The notes under the pieces were generated by a model. It did not search any database and was not told where the DNA came from. It saw nothing but the letters and a program-made list of their open reading frames with translations. Source: Oopsacas minuta (lineage: Eukaryota > Animalia > Porifera). Taken from it: DNA of 64,000 nt. The stretch covers positions 62,001 through 126,000 of the forward strand of contig JAKMXF010000350.1 of assembly GCA_024704765.1 (NCBI GenBank), read 5' to 3'. Both the position numbers and the translations under genes were made by a program. Below are positions 12,355 to 24,390 of the stretch, one piece after another (the first letter of the stretch is position 1; each line of letters begins with the position of its first letter).

Positions 12355-14865
12355 CTATAATACAAAGTAATAATTTGTTACTTTCATAAAACTAACAACA
12401 CTGATTGCAATAACTAAATTAACAGAGTGACATATCTCATACAAGAACTTAGGTGCAAATACGCTCCAAACGAATAGATGGTATCTGAATGTATGCATTA
12501 CAAGAAGATATATGAATAGTGTGTAGAGACGGAATGATAAGAATAGATGCAATTGAGACCAGAGGAGCTTAGGATTCAAATGTGCGAAATGAAAAGATAG
12601 AGTTATAAAGAACATAGAGAATACAGACAGATATGTTTGAATTGTAGCTCTTGGCTCGTAATGTGAGCTCATTCCTTTAAACCCAGCCCCCAGATCTACA
12701 CTAGCGAAGTGATTAGAATTACCGCAGGCATAATGTGTAGCATAGCACACCCATAATATATATACAGTAATGGTGTATCCTCTGCTACTCCTCAGTAGTA
12801 TGTATGGGTATAGTATAGCATGTGATATCAGTGTTATCAATAGGATAAGGCTATAATAAGGCTTTGTTAGCATCAGGAATACTACCTGTAATCCTGTGAA
12901 CAAACCAAACAGTAGGTTGGATTCTCTTGTATAGGACATGACTAATAATAATGTTAATAAGAGGATAAACCAACTCTGCCACACACCATGAGAATACTTC
13001 ACTAGTTGACCAGTCATCGTCACCTCTCCAATGACAAGTTTAAAGTATAGAATAGCAAGTAGAGATCCAATAAACAGCAGTTTATTGTGTGTACTAGCTC
13101 TTCTTATCAAGAAAGCATTATTCATAATACAAATAGTGAATAGTGTATAGGAATACCCTACTAGATAATAAAAGTCATTTCCTTCTCTCTCTAACCAAGT
13201 ACTAATATCCTCAAGATGTATCCAGTTTATTCCAGTCTGTTTCAATGAGACCATAAGCTTAGAACATACCACCAGCATGATAAAGCATACAACACTTGTA
13301 ACACCTGCAGTATTAGCTGTAGAACTGATAAGCAGTATAAACTGGAAAGTAGTTAGCCAGTAATACCAGAGATTGTGTTCTTCTTCCACACAACTACTGG
13401 AGAATAGCAGAATAGGATATAGCAAGCTACCACACACTAATACCTGTGTACAACCAGATGACACAAACATACAAATCACAGCTCTCTTATAATAATATAC
13501 TTCATGTCTGAGTATGTATATCCAAACAAAGAATACGATCACTAGGAGGTAAGCACACAGGAAGAATAGAAATATAGAAATAACTATAATACAGTATCTG
13601 TGAGGTAGTCTATGGGTTATGAAGCGTGGATACTCTAATACTAATCTCAACAGAATACTTACACTCAACTCTAGTGTAACAGCTAGTATGAATAATCCAG
13701 AATAGAGATATACGTGATCATACTCACTAGTCGTAGATAGCAATGCATTTTGTACTAATCTAGCTTGTTCTACTAATAATTCCAAACTAGTTTCTAGTGA
13801 CTTATCCAAACACTTATACTCATCTCTCTGAGATGGTTTCAACAGTCTACACAGATGTAATATGTTATTTCTAACTACTATCAGCTGATCCTGTTCACTA
13901 AGCTCACTCAACAACTCTGGTATAACCACACCCACACTCTCTAGAGGAATACTCAATCCCATCAGTACAGCTAAGGTAGAAGTAATGTCTATCTGCATTA
14001 TGACGTCATCTATATTAGATGTAATATTATCATTATTGAATAGAGAACTTATAAACAGGAGAGGGACTAATGTCTCGTCTCTTGTCGCCCCACCGTGACT
14101 CCCTGTAACACTCATCCCATGATCTCCTAGAGCTACTAACAAACTCCTATCCTCACTTACCGCTGCGAACACTCTACTGATTATATCATCCATCTCTCTC
14201 AATTTAATATCAATCAACTGGCTTCTGCTACCAAAAGTGTGTCCTATATGATCTAGTCCTAGATAGTGTAGAATCATAACGTCCCAGTCCTTATTAGCTA
14301 GTTCTCTGGGGAGATGACGTGTCACGTTGTTATCTACCTCTGTAAAGTCATTAACAAAGAAGGATACAGTACCATCTTGTCGCATGAAGCTATCTGGAAA
14401 TAGTTTTATCCAAGTATCATCTCCATAGAATACAATTCTCTTATTCGTAGCTACTAGTTGTGTGATGATATTATCTTGCTTGAGAGCTGGAGATGAGATC
14501 TGAGTTATCATATCGAAGAATCCGGGAACTGTTCCGGTTGTGAGAGCCTTGATACGAGGGAGTGTTACTGTAGGTGCGTGAGCATGTCCTGTGAAACATC
14601 TCGCAGAATTATTCGATAGCATACCACTAACAAAACTCATCGGAGAGTTTGGTGATAGCACAAAATCATATCTAAGAGCATCGATAACAATGATTACCAG
14701 TTTGTCATAAAGAGGAGGGATATGAGGCTGGTGGTGTGTAGGGGGGACAGATTCTATTGAATGAGAGAGATTGAGTGGGAAATATCCTAGGAAGAATGTA
14801 GATAATCCAATACAACTAAATATTAATAGAGATAGTGTGTGTGGGTATAGTCTGTGTTCTCTCAT
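12355..14865 (-). CDS. PIGG: GPI ethanolamine phosphate transferase 2 (single exon, 836 aa)
   Basis: N-terminal TM, alkaline-phosphatase-like domain (IDALRYDF, PTVTLPRIKALTTG, GDDTWIKLFP, SFFVNDFTEVDNNV, ILHYLGLDHIGH, GDHGMS), many C-terminal TM segments ending WSVFAPKFLY. Confidence 0.88.
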   Translation of the reverse strand: MREHRLYPHTLSLLIFSCIGLSTFFLGYFPLNLSHSIESVPPTHHQPHIPPLYDKLVIIVIDALRYDFVLSPNSPMSFVSGMLSNNSARCFTGHAHAPTVTLPRIKALTTGTVPGFFDMITQISSPALKQDNIITQLVATNKRIVFYGDDTWIKLFPDSFMRQDGTVSFFVNDFTEVDNNVTRHLPRELANKDWDVMILHYLGLDHIGHTFGSRSQLIDIKLREMDDIISRVFAAVSEDRSLLVALGDHGMSVTGSHGGATRDETLVPLLFISSLFNNDNITSNIDDVIMQIDITSTLAVLMGLSIPLESVGVVIPELLSELSEQDQLIVVRNNILHLCRLLKPSQRDEYKCLDKSLETSLELLVEQARLVQNALLSTTSEYDHVYLYSGLFILAVTLELSVSILLRLVLEYPRFITHRLPHRYCIIVISIFLFFLCAYLLVIVFFVWIYILRHEVYYYKRAVICMFVSSGCTQVLVCGSLLYPILLFSSSCVEEEHNLWYYWLTTFQFILLISSTANTAGVTSVVCFIMLVVCSKLMVSLKQTGINWIHLEDISTWLEREGNDFYYLVGYSYTLFTICIMNNAFLIRRASTHNKLLFIGSLLAILYFKLVIGEVTMTGQLVKYSHGVWQSWFILLLTLLLVMSYTRESNLLFGLFTGLQVVFLMLTKPYYSLILLITLISHAILYPYILLRSSRGYTITVYILWVCYATHYACGNSNHFASVDLGAGFKGMSSHYEPRATIQTYLSVFSMFFITLSFHFAHLNPKLLWSQLHLFLSFRLYTLFIYLLVMHTFRYHLFVWSVFAPKFLYEICHSVNLVIAISVVSFMKVTNYYFVL

Positions 14866-15334
14866 CCCTCTGGCCCGTAGGTAGCACTAGTATCGAGCTA
14901 TTTAGCATTCTAATTAATAGATAAGGTGTCTTAGTAGTCAAATGTGATAATTATATAATGAATAATTACATTAATTTTTACAAGTATTAAGTTTCTTTAT
15001 CCGTTGACGGAAAGATGGTCGCGGAAGAATTTACACGAGCTATTTGTGTCGGAGTAAATTCGTAGTTGTTCTAGGCCTTTGAGGCACTACTGGATTGTTT
15101 TGGTGGGGATTTACCCTGGAATATTGGCCATACCTGCTTGGATGTTGTTCCAGATAATTTTGAGGAACTCCTGCGATGGTTGGGGTGGAGATCTACCCTG
15201 AATTATTGTTTATACCTGCATGGATGCTTCCGCCACCAACTTTCGGCCATTCATCATTATCACAGGGCCGTAGGTGCCGGTGTGGGGCTCGCCACACCAA
15301 TAATTCAGAATTTCTATTATTATTATGAATGGTC

Positions 15335-15369
15335 CACAGTGGTTTAATAGGGCAGTTAGTAAAGAATAG
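15335..15369 (+). repeat. long-spacer terminal repeat of copy A: heptamer + 16 bp + AGTAAAGAATAG
   Basis: CACAGTG (15335-15341), GTTTAATAGGGCAGTT (16 nt), AGTAAAGAATAG (15358-15369). Confidence 0.8.
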
Positions 15370-15736
15370 CTATTTTGGTGTGAGATAGCCATATGAAATG
15401 TATTATTTACATATAGATTATTATATATAAGGAACCAGTACAGCTTGTCATAACAAGTATATGGCCTAAAATTTCCAAGTTATGACGTCATTGATATATG
15501 TGAAATTTTAAATTTTCTTCAATAAATACATTTTACTCGACTTTATCGCCATGAAATCTATTGATTACATATGGGTTATCCGTATTTGGCAATCACCTTG
15601 AACTTAAAATTTTGTTGTAGGGCTTGTATTTATAGAGTTATGACGTCACACTTATGATGGAATTTATCTTATTGATTTACAAAATATACATTATATTCAT
15701 ACTTAAGTTCATGATAGGCAATCTGTATTGGAGGTT

Positions 15737-17954
15737 TCAAGTCGTGAATAAAGTCTGTATACTAGTTTTCTGATTGTTCATAGCACTGCAGCGTTTAGAT
15801 CTCGTTGTGTGTACAGATTGACCACATCGTTCACAAGTCAAAATTCTTCGATAGTTTACTAAGGTTGGATCACTTTGAGAAGTTAATCTGACGAAGATAT
15901 CCATATTATTGGTCTCAAAACTAACTTTACGAGCTAAATTCTCCCCATATTTTCTAACTAATTTGTTGCATGATTCTGTGCCTTCTTCTGAAAATGCCTT
16001 TAAGCCATAGCTAGAATTCGACTCACGTATTAACTCCTCGGAATGGGCCAAGAGCTTGTGCAGGGTTGGAGTCAAGCTAGCCCAGGGGAAAGAATCTAAG
16101 ATGACAAGGTAGGTATCCTTGCACCACTTCCCCAATTCCAAAGTGTTAACCTTGTGACTTGAATTGAAAACCCGAAGAATGGCTGAAAGCTGAGTATGTA
16201 TATTTGATAAGATTGGGCGATATTGTATTGCTACAGTTGATAGAATGCATTCAAGGTATTCAGTTTCATCAGAAAAGGCTCTTCTAGCAACATTCCCTGT
16301 TGAGGTGGTTCCACCGCTAGAATTAGGCTGGTCAACCTTTAATCCTGTCTTCTCCTGAATAAATGTTTGAAGGAATTTCATTGACTCCTTGATAACTGGT
16401 GAAGTTGGGGACCAGGTAAACTTTTCGATGCGAAGATGATAAACCAGCAAATTGAACCACCTAAAATTGGTTTAATTATGTGAAGACAAATTCTGAATGA
16501 TTAATGGAGTACTAGATTACTTACCTAAATACGCCTGTGTATGAATGAAGTGGAGATGCTGGATGTATGTTAATCTCTGAAATTGGTTGATGAGTTGAAT
16601 TGAAGCGTTCATTAGTCGAAAGAGCAAAGAACGACTCAATGTCATCAATGTGCGAAAATAACTCGATTGCATCTGTGATATTTCTGTTGATGGGGAACCC
16701 TTCAAGAACTAAATTCCGGTCCTTCAAATCTTTATGTGTGGCAGTGCACATCTGACAACTGGCTCCTCCAGCTCCAGAGAGAATGGCTGCCATCTTCTTA
16801 TCAAACATTGAGCGGATAATATCGACATTGACAACACCATTTTCTAAAGGAATCCCATTTTGCAACATCGCTATATCGGGATTAATCATAGTCTCCATGA
16901 AGGAACGAATATTTTCTTCGCATTCTGTCGCAGCGCAGAGAAAAATAGGTCTTTGAGCGAAGGGTGAATTAGGGGATTTATTCTGCCAAACAATCCTGTT
17001 TGTTACAGTGTGGATGGAGATGGGCTTGAAACAAAACAGAATGAAGTTTTTGGTGAAAGTATTAGTTGTCTGCTGGTTGTAGATAGTGTGACAACCAGAA
17101 CCATCTAAGCCATCTGCGATTTTAAATGTGAGTGGGAATTCTTCACTTGTGGGGCGATCTACCATTGATAATATTCTTTCCAGGGTTTTCTGAACTTGAA
17201 GACAATATGGTGCGTGTATACCTATTAGTTTAGCTGGATTAGGATATAAAGTTATACTGGATCGCGAAATCATGACATCTCTCAGATTAGCTAGCTTGCT
17301 GTAAGATGGGAAATGTATATTGTCTGGTAGAAGTGTTTGACGTAATTGAGTGTATTTTCGTCTGCCCACTTCAAGTAAATCTAGCAGGAATAAGGCTTTA
17401 TCAACTGGAACATGCTTGTTACTGAGGTTACAGAATCCTCCACTGACAATAATCTCTTTGGCCACCGTAGCAACCTGACGATTATTCTCCTCATTTGCCA
17501 ATAGTTGTAATGAGAGTGCTGCAATGCTTATTTCTGTAGTATTCTCAATAACTGAGAGTGACTTAATGCATTCTAGCGGACTTGACAATCGAGTACGCTG
17601 TTGTTGCAGAGAGAGATCATCAAGATGCTTTCTATGACTCACTGAATGAATGGGAACTTCACCATCATCAGAAGACGACTCTAGTAAATCAGAAACACGA
17701 TTTTTCTTTAACTCAGGTTTCATGGAAATGTTAGAATGCCACCATTCTCCTTCTAAACAATCTAAAGATCTCTTCGCCTTCTTGAATCTGTCCCGAATTC
17801 TTAACAGCAACGTTTCCAAGAGTTTCGTATTATCAGAGTCTATTTCAAAGTGTTCTTTGAAATATTTTGTCGTTTTCAAGATACAATTATTATTGTCTTT
17901 CAGGATTCTTGCCAATTCGAGGCGGGACTTTGGGAAAGTTAACTCTTCTGTCAT
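15737..17954 (-). CDS. RAG1-like (Transib) transposase, two exons join(17954..16525,16460..15737), 717 aa
   Basis: The two ORF-track entries are joined by a 64-nt GT-AG intron (16461-16524, AG|GTAAGT ... ttttag|G) that restores VFRWFNLLVYHL. NBD-like RKHLDDLSLQQQRTRL. Catalytic equivalents IADGLDG (D600), SMFDKK (D708), SEEGTESCNK (E962). Zn ligands CQMC and LHKLLAH. C-terminal CERCGQSVHTTRSKRC. Confidence 0.9.
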
Positions 17955-18601
17955 TGTTTTCAAGAAATTACGAAAAATATGTTGTATTATTCAGTAGATT
18001 ATATATATAAGTCACTATAATAAATTTCAAGAACGAAATTCAATACTATTTCATTCCATTGTTGCAGTATGCTACAATGGGAATTTCCTAGCAACGAAAA
18101 GTTGTAATGGAATGTCATTGAAAATTATAGGTTGCGCACTGTTTCGGGTTTTGTGGTTTTAGATTACGTTTTTAGGAATCGTAATGCGTGTATCCGATTC
18201 ATTTTGCGCTGTTGTTTTGTGTTGTTTATTTTTCCTGACACTTTAAGTATTCCTCTTTGTAAAAATTCTGTATGGATTTTACTAGATTTTAGAAATCTTA
18301 TGTTCACGAAATGTATACAAGATACGGTCATGGAAACAAGATATTTAGAATTAGCATAGTCGAAATATATAAAGTATACCAGATTAGTAACATTCGATTA
18401 TGTAATTGCTCTTACAGGTTCATTTGAAATTGTGGCTAAATTTGGAAATCATGAAGCCGCAATTTTCCTATAAATATTTTGCATCTTTGATGAAGAAATT
18501 TTACAGCTTCTAGGGTCTCAATCGCTTAGATATTTTAAATGAGAATCATTTAAACAATATAAAATGAAAAGAAACCATCAAATACGGAATCAATTTTTTG
18601 T

Positions 18602-18627
18602 CTATTCTTTGCTTCTAAACCACTGTG
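18602..18627 (-). repeat. short-spacer terminal repeat of copy A: heptamer + 7 bp + AGCAAAGAATAG
   Basis: Reverse complement reads CACAGTG GTTTAGA AGCAAAGAATAG, followed by ACAAAAAAT. Confidence 0.8.
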
Positions 18628-19314
18628 TGGTCATATGTGAGGAATGCACCACCAAAATCAATGTACCTCTCCGCACCAATATTAGTTGCTCCTGACGTCT
18701 CTGTATCATAATACAAACAGAATGTCAGTAATGTAGTATTGCTTTTAGCAGATGAACCTCCAATATCAAAAAATGAAAAATGAATATCATAGACATAAGT
18801 CATATAATAAACGTAACGGTTCCGAATATTTAGTACCTAAGTCAGGGAGTTATACAGGTTATTAGGAATACACTGCTCCCAAATTTTCATACTCTTAAAT
18901 CAGTAAATTAGTGTTATTGTACAGTGGATGCCGGTTATAAGGACACTTCATATAATGTTTTAAACACATGTGGACATTATTATAGAAAACTGTTCTCATA
19001 TATATTGTATAATTTATTCCGATTTTACAAACATACCGGTAATAAGGACCAATTTTATTACTATTCTAAGAGCTGACTCTTTGAATTAAGAAGTGAAGAG
19101 ACCGAGGTTCCCCCGTGACTTGTTTTATTCTGTTACCTAAATCTTTACAATTTACAAGTCCACTGAAACTAAACATATCTCAGCAATTTGGCGAGAAATC
19201 CATAAAATGGGACACAAACGATAATGGAAAAGACCCAGCTGAACTAAGGAAGACAAGTAGAATTTGAAACATTCGATTGATAAACAAAACCAATAAACAA
19301 TGAAAATGATTAAA

Positions 19315-21039
19315 TTATGTTTTTCTCTTGGTTTTCTGAAACCTTTGAATATGCTTCCTCCTAGTTTTATAAGATAATTTAGTAACAACTCTAATGGGTT
19401 TCCTCTTCCTAGCCTTTCTAGCTCTCTTCTCTCTTTTCCCAGGTTTCTTTAACTCTAACATCCATGGTTCAACAGAGTGTCCTGATTGATGAATAGCAGT
19501 AGCAATACTCCTCAGATTATTGATGTCTCCCTCAGTGAATAAGGTAATAGCTCTCCCAGGTCTACCAGCTCTTCCTGTACGTCCCACACGATGTATGTAT
19601 GATATCAGAGAGCATGGCATATCGAAGTTAATAACCATATTAACACCTTTGAAGTCCATTCCTCTAGCTACCAGCTCTGTAGCTATTAAGACCCATAGCT
19701 TACCAGCACGGAACGCCTTCACTACATTGTCTCTCTGTGCCTGTGTACGCTCCGAGTGTATGACGTCAGCATTAATCCCATCGTATATCAGCTCACGCAT
19801 GAGGTCTTTAGCTCTCTCTACTGTCTCTAGGAATATCAGTACAGGAGGGTGTAGATCTCCTTCTTGCACCATTTGACGGATAGCAAGTAGCTTACCGTCC
19901 TCACTGCCTACAAACTTAAGCTCTTGTTCAACCAGACTACACGCGGAATTTCTCACCCCCACAGTGACTCTAACGTAGTTAGGCAGGTGAGCTCTACACC
20001 ACTCGTCCACCTTATCTGGTAGTGTAGCTGAGAATAGACCTAGTCTAATATCTGGATGAGAGCAAGCAGTGAGAATAGCAGATATCTGTTCTACGAAGGG
20101 CTGCTTGCTTTGAGCCTCAAATAACTTATCAGCTTCATCCAGTACTAGCCAGCGGACTGATTTGAGTGACACCCCAGGGGGGTCGGTAGACAGGAGGGAC
20201 AGTAACCTCTTTGGAGTAGCTACAAGGATATCAAGCCTTAGAGCACCAGCTGGCGAGTATATCTGAGCAGCTGATGAGGACTTGGTTAGAAGATGGATTT
20301 GGAACTTAACGCCTATAGACAGACGTATGAACTCTCTGTATATCTGAGCGGCTAACTCACGGGTAGGGGTAAGCACGAGTGCACGGAATCCAACTCTCTG
20401 AGGCTGGTGGAGGCTAGATAAGATAGGTAGTACGAATGCTGCGGTCTTACCAGATCCTGTAGGAGCACAACAGAGCACATCTCTGTTATGCATCATTAGA
20501 GGAATAGCCTGCATCTGTATAGGGGTAGGAGACATAAACCCTGATTGAATGAGGTTATCCAGGAGACAGCACGGCATTTGAGAAGTGTAGTTGTCATGGA
20601 GAGATTGGAATGTATCATGTGGGGCTGGTATATCACTGCCTTTAACATGTATTTTATATTGCTTACGTAACAGAGCAGATTGATCAGGGAGAGGGTCAGA
20701 TTTCTGAGTTAGCTTTATCTTCTTAGATCTAGATAGTGTGTTATCTGATAGCAGTTGTATGGTATCCTCTGTTTCTGCGGAATCTAACACATTCCCAATA
20801 GATTCACTAATCTCTACAGACTCACTCAGTTTATGCTTCTTTCGTTTTCTTTTAGAGGAATCAGACTGTTTTTCAGTTTGAGACATATCTTCAAAGAAAT
20901 CCAGAGCTCTCTTTGGATCAATATCTGATGTCTGGACATGTGTATTAGCAATAAACTGATTGAGAACATCTTTGTTTGATTTACTATTGAAACTGGTTCC
21001 TACCCTCAGTCTCTTGAATAGATTGTTTGTGTCTACCAT
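19315..21039 (-). CDS. DDX52: DEAD-box RNA helicase 52 / Rok1 (single exon, 574 aa)
   Basis: Q motif PTPIQMQAIP, APTGSGKT, PTRELA, DEAD, SAT, ARGMD, HRVGRTGRAG. DDX52-like IHVKGSDIPAP and VEQELKFVGSEDGKLLAIRQ. Confidence 0.88.
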   Translation of the reverse strand: MVDTNNLFKRLRVGTSFNSKSNKDVLNQFIANTHVQTSDIDPKRALDFFEDMSQTEKQSDSSKRKRKKHKLSESVEISESIGNVLDSAETEDTIQLLSDNTLSRSKKIKLTQKSDPLPDQSALLRKQYKIHVKGSDIPAPHDTFQSLHDNYTSQMPCCLLDNLIQSGFMSPTPIQMQAIPLMMHNRDVLCCAPTGSGKTAAFVLPILSSLHQPQRVGFRALVLTPTRELAAQIYREFIRLSIGVKFQIHLLTKSSSAAQIYSPAGALRLDILVATPKRLLSLLSTDPPGVSLKSVRWLVLDEADKLFEAQSKQPFVEQISAILTACSHPDIRLGLFSATLPDKVDEWCRAHLPNYVRVTVGVRNSACSLVEQELKFVGSEDGKLLAIRQMVQEGDLHPPVLIFLETVERAKDLMRELIYDGINADVIHSERTQAQRDNVVKAFRAGKLWVLIATELVARGMDFKGVNMVINFDMPCSLISYIHRVGRTGRAGRPGRAITLFTEGDINNLRSIATAIHQSGHSVEPWMLELKKPGKREKRARKARKRKPIRVVTKLSYKTRRKHIQRFQKTKRKT

Positions 21040-21471
21040 TAAATAAACTTATAAACAGTAAACTCAAAAAGTAGTACGTAATCCCGGGGTTTGGCTTATG
21101 AATCAGGGAAATATAATATTGGATATTTATGGCTTTTCTCATTAAAGAGGGAAATTTCGGGATACGGACAGTTCGCTAATGGACACTTTGCTATATTGTT
21201 AGTGAGGCTTACATAGAGAAATGTCATGTGTATCTAATAATCAATATATTCATCCATAGCATGCAATGGTATATAGTAAATTTTATTTTAACTAAATAAA
21301 TCAGAATACAAGAGTCACCCGAAGAGGGTACCTTCTTCGGGGACTAAGTGTTCGAAGGCTGTACAGCGATAGCCAGCATGAGCCTGCTAGTTAATATTAT
21401 ATATCGAAAATACATTTTCGATTTATTTATTCAGCGAATGGATAGCGGAGTAAACATGTAAGCATGTTAAA

Positions 21472-21540
21472 TCTATATTATTAAATCTCAATTGTTGTCT
21501 GTTTGTTTGTCCGTTGTCAAGGAAAGGATTTACGGTATGC
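21472..21540 (+). repeat. dispersed repeat resembling a Helitron 5' end
   Basis: a|TCTATATTATTAAATCTCAATTGTTGTCTGTTTGTTTGTCCGTTGTCAAGGAAAGGATTT. Two further copies at about 23945-24021 (+) and 24201-24285 (-). The Helitron assignment rests only on the A|TC start and GTCTGT tract. Confidence 0.45.
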
Positions 21541-21589
21541 GATTATGAAATTGTCTCATAGCTATGTATTAATCGTGTTTATCAAGGGA

Positions 21590-21960
21590 GTAAATAGAAT
21601 TCAAAAAACTTCACTAAATATATCGAACAAGCTGAATCTGATTTTCACACTTTTGGATTAATCACATGTAAATTTATTGTTGTTTTATGAAAGTAAAGTA
21701 AACAAATTATCCAAATCTCAAAATATATGTAGAGACTTGCTATTAACACAGCAACAATGGGGTAATCAAGATCAAGTAGACTTAACCCGAATTTCACATA
21801 TATTCAAGTTTCTCATATGCGAATTTATTGTTGTTTATATGAATATAAAGTAAACAAATCATTGAAATCTTAAAATACAGGTAGGCTGAATCCGAATTTT
21901 GTATATTAAAGTTTCTTATTAAATTTAATATATGTAATTTTATTGTTGTATTTATGAATA
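21590..21960. repeat. degenerate internally repetitive element related to 51941-53470
   Basis: Shares GGGGTAATCAAG, CCGAATTT, CATATGYRAATTTATTGTTGTTT and AAAGTAAACAAAT modules with 52990-53470. Confidence 0.6.
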
Positions 21961-21962
21961 TA

Positions 21963-22067
21963 CAGTAGACTCCGCTTAATAGAGCCACCAGTAAATTGAG
22001 TAAAGCTGAATAATCGGGTCACAATGGCCACCAGGTCCGATGTGACCCTATTAAGCGAAATCTACAG
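21963..22067. mobile_element. 105-bp TA-flanked MITE
   Basis: Inverted ends CAGTAGACTCCGCTTAATAGAGCCAC / CTGTAGATTTCGCTTAATAGGGTCAC, TA on both sides. Confidence 0.7.
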
Positions 22068-22625
22068 TATGATAACCGAATCATTAAAATATTTAAATAA
22101 GGCCATGTAATATAAATTACTGGTTTCTCATCCGGAATTTCTTCAGGAACTGGGACGGCGGACGGTATTCTATTTTTTATAAGCCAGTTATTATGTAAAT
22201 AAGATGACTCTTCGATTATTCGATTATCTCATCATTTACTTCCTGGACAGAAAGATATTGAATTTGTTCAAATATACAAGTATTAAAATGTGGATTGCAC
22301 ACTCTGTAACCAAAGAACTATCCATAAATTTGGAAAGAATACAAATAAATCTGTCCGGACGGGGACAAATTTTGGGACGGAAGGGATGAGAAACAAGTAT
22401 ATTACTTCACATGGCCTAAGCGTAGAGACTGACTCTTTTCTGAATTAGTATAATAGCTGCAGGTGTAACTGAACAATCTGTTTAATGAATAATTGTTATA
22501 TAATCCTATAGGAATCCGCTACATCAATATGGAGAGTAGTAATACTGCAAATACATTCTTACATTTGAATACTTTATCAGTAGATTGGGTTAGAGGTAGA
22601 ACAAACACATTTGTTGAATATTGTC

Positions 22626-22627
<2 letters not shown>

Positions 22628-22661
<34 letters not shown>
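22628..22661. repeat. (TAA)11 microsatellite
   Basis: Direct reading. A shorter (TAA)n tract lies at about 23103-23127. Confidence 0.95.
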
Positions 22662-22662
<1 letters not shown>

Positions 22663-23194
22663 GTATACAACAAATCTTTACGATTCAAGAACCTTTCTAC
22701 GAAACTATTAGTCAACCACCTAACGAAGAACCCGATAATACTCCAGATGTCACAATCAATACCACAATTACAACTGATTTAGAATATATTAGTTCAGAAA
22801 ATTCAAATGATCATCTCTAAACCAACATGATTACATAGCCTGTCAGCAATCAACTTTTTCAGAAACCACCATTGCTCAAATCCACTTTATATAGTAACTC
22901 CCATAAATAATATTAGTAAGCCCATATACGCTTTATCATCCTTTGTTACTCAGAAATCTAGAATGTTCCTTCAAACCTTAGAATAGCAGCAATCAGTTAT
23001 ATTTAGTACTATAGTTGTGTTTGTACTGATGAGCTGGATAAATAGCCAGCGAAACAAATTATGTTATTGTCTACTACTATTAAATCTACATATACTCTTA
23101 GTTAATAATAATAATAATAATAATAATGCGAAATAATAAAAACAAAAATATATAAAAAATGTTAACAATCAATTATCAAATTAATTCTCCTTCC

Positions 23195-23796
23195 TTATGA
23201 GGGTAAGCTAGTACCTGGCCTGTAATTAATGAGGTAGCCTGGATAAGCTAATCCATTTTCGTATAGAATATATACCTTAGTACCAGCTGGGTGTATGCCA
23301 GTTACAGAGTGGTAGCCTTGTCGAGGTCCAAGTAACTCAGAATTAGCCTCCTCATACCTTGCGTTTCCCACAAACACTTTAGAGAGAAACATAGAACAAA
23401 TACCCGTGCTGTCCTTATAAGCGAGACCATGTGAGTATGAAGCATTTTGTGCGAAATATATCCCTCTACCCCACATACCCTCCTTAGCATACTTAACATT
23501 AAACCCTACAGGATCTTGTATGATGACCTCAGGATCTGTGCTAGAGGATCCATGGAAAAGTGGTTTGATTAAAAGTGTGTTTTCTCTAAAATTCGAACTT
23601 CCATCATCACCATCTTGAGGCTCAATTTTTCTCTTAATATTCTTAACAAAATTGTCCCAGCATGTCTTGTGGTGTATCTTGAGTACAGTCATTATCGTAG
23701 CATTAGGTAGAGTATTCATAAAGTTTCTAGCTACAGCAGAATATTCATCACTATCTGGTAGTAATTCTTCTTTAGTCAGGGTCGGGTATAGATCAA
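23195..23796 (-). CDS. PARP-family (ARTD) catalytic-domain exon, predicted last exon of the sacsin-like gene
   Basis: LFHGS, WGRGIYFAQNASYS, MFLSKVFVG, KVYILYENGLAYPGYLINY, giving an H-Y-V triad. No ATG before residue 32 of the ORF-track entry. Acceptor ccccaatctag at 23797, phase 1. Confidence 0.85.
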
Positions 23797-24390
23797 CTAG
23801 ATTGGGGTAGAGCAATTAATATTGTTACTAATCATAAATGTAAAAAGTACACACGATTAGAGCCTGCTAGCCTGAGGTCGAATTATTATCTAAATTGACG
23901 GCAGTCAGCAGTATTTTTGACTTTAGGTAATCTATAGCTAATTAGCTATACCTATTATTAAATATCAAATGTTATTCGTCTGAGTGTTTGTCCGTTGTCA
24001 AGGAAAGGATTTATGGTATGCTATTTGAATTCGTATTTTGCAAAACCCAGATGTAGTAAAACTATGACTTTATCGTGTTCACCAAATGATTCAACACACT
24101 TTACCCCAGTGTAGCTTTTTGAGAGCATGTACGTCTCTCATGTATTCTGAGATGGATCGAATTTGTTTACTTAATAATCATAAACGAAACAATAAAAATA
24201 GTATGCCATAAATCCTTTCCTTGATAACGGACAAACAAGCAGAAAGACAGACAACAATTGAGAATTAATAATATAGATAATGAACGTGTAAATATGTATT
24301 AACCAACTGTGGCCCCAAAGGAGCCGATTTTATCGCGAAGCGACTGGCCCAAGCCCCATAGTTTAATAATAAACAATAAATGTTCCTTAC

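Larger units (their letters stand above)
15335..18627 (-). mobile_element. complete Transib/RAG1-like DNA transposon, copy A (3293 bp)
   Basis: Perfect 12-bp inverted termini CACAGTGGTTTA (15335-15346 and 18616-18627). 5-bp TSD TGGTC at 15330-15334 and 18628-18632. Encloses one RAG1-like transposase gene. Confidence 0.95.

Noticed and set aside
961-19876. Plus-strand ORFs overlapping ARL5, BYSL, MVP, the transposase and DDX52 (e.g. 961-1182, 5565-5843, 7685-9792, 17650-17997, 19520-19876)
   Set aside because: Antisense shadows of real genes, with Ser-rich, motif-free translations.
23195-23796. ART domain as vault PARP (PARP4) because MVP is nearby
   Set aside because: No BRCT, VIT or vWA domains, and no catalytic Glu. 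It resembles mono-ART PARP domains and splices to the sacsin-like exon.
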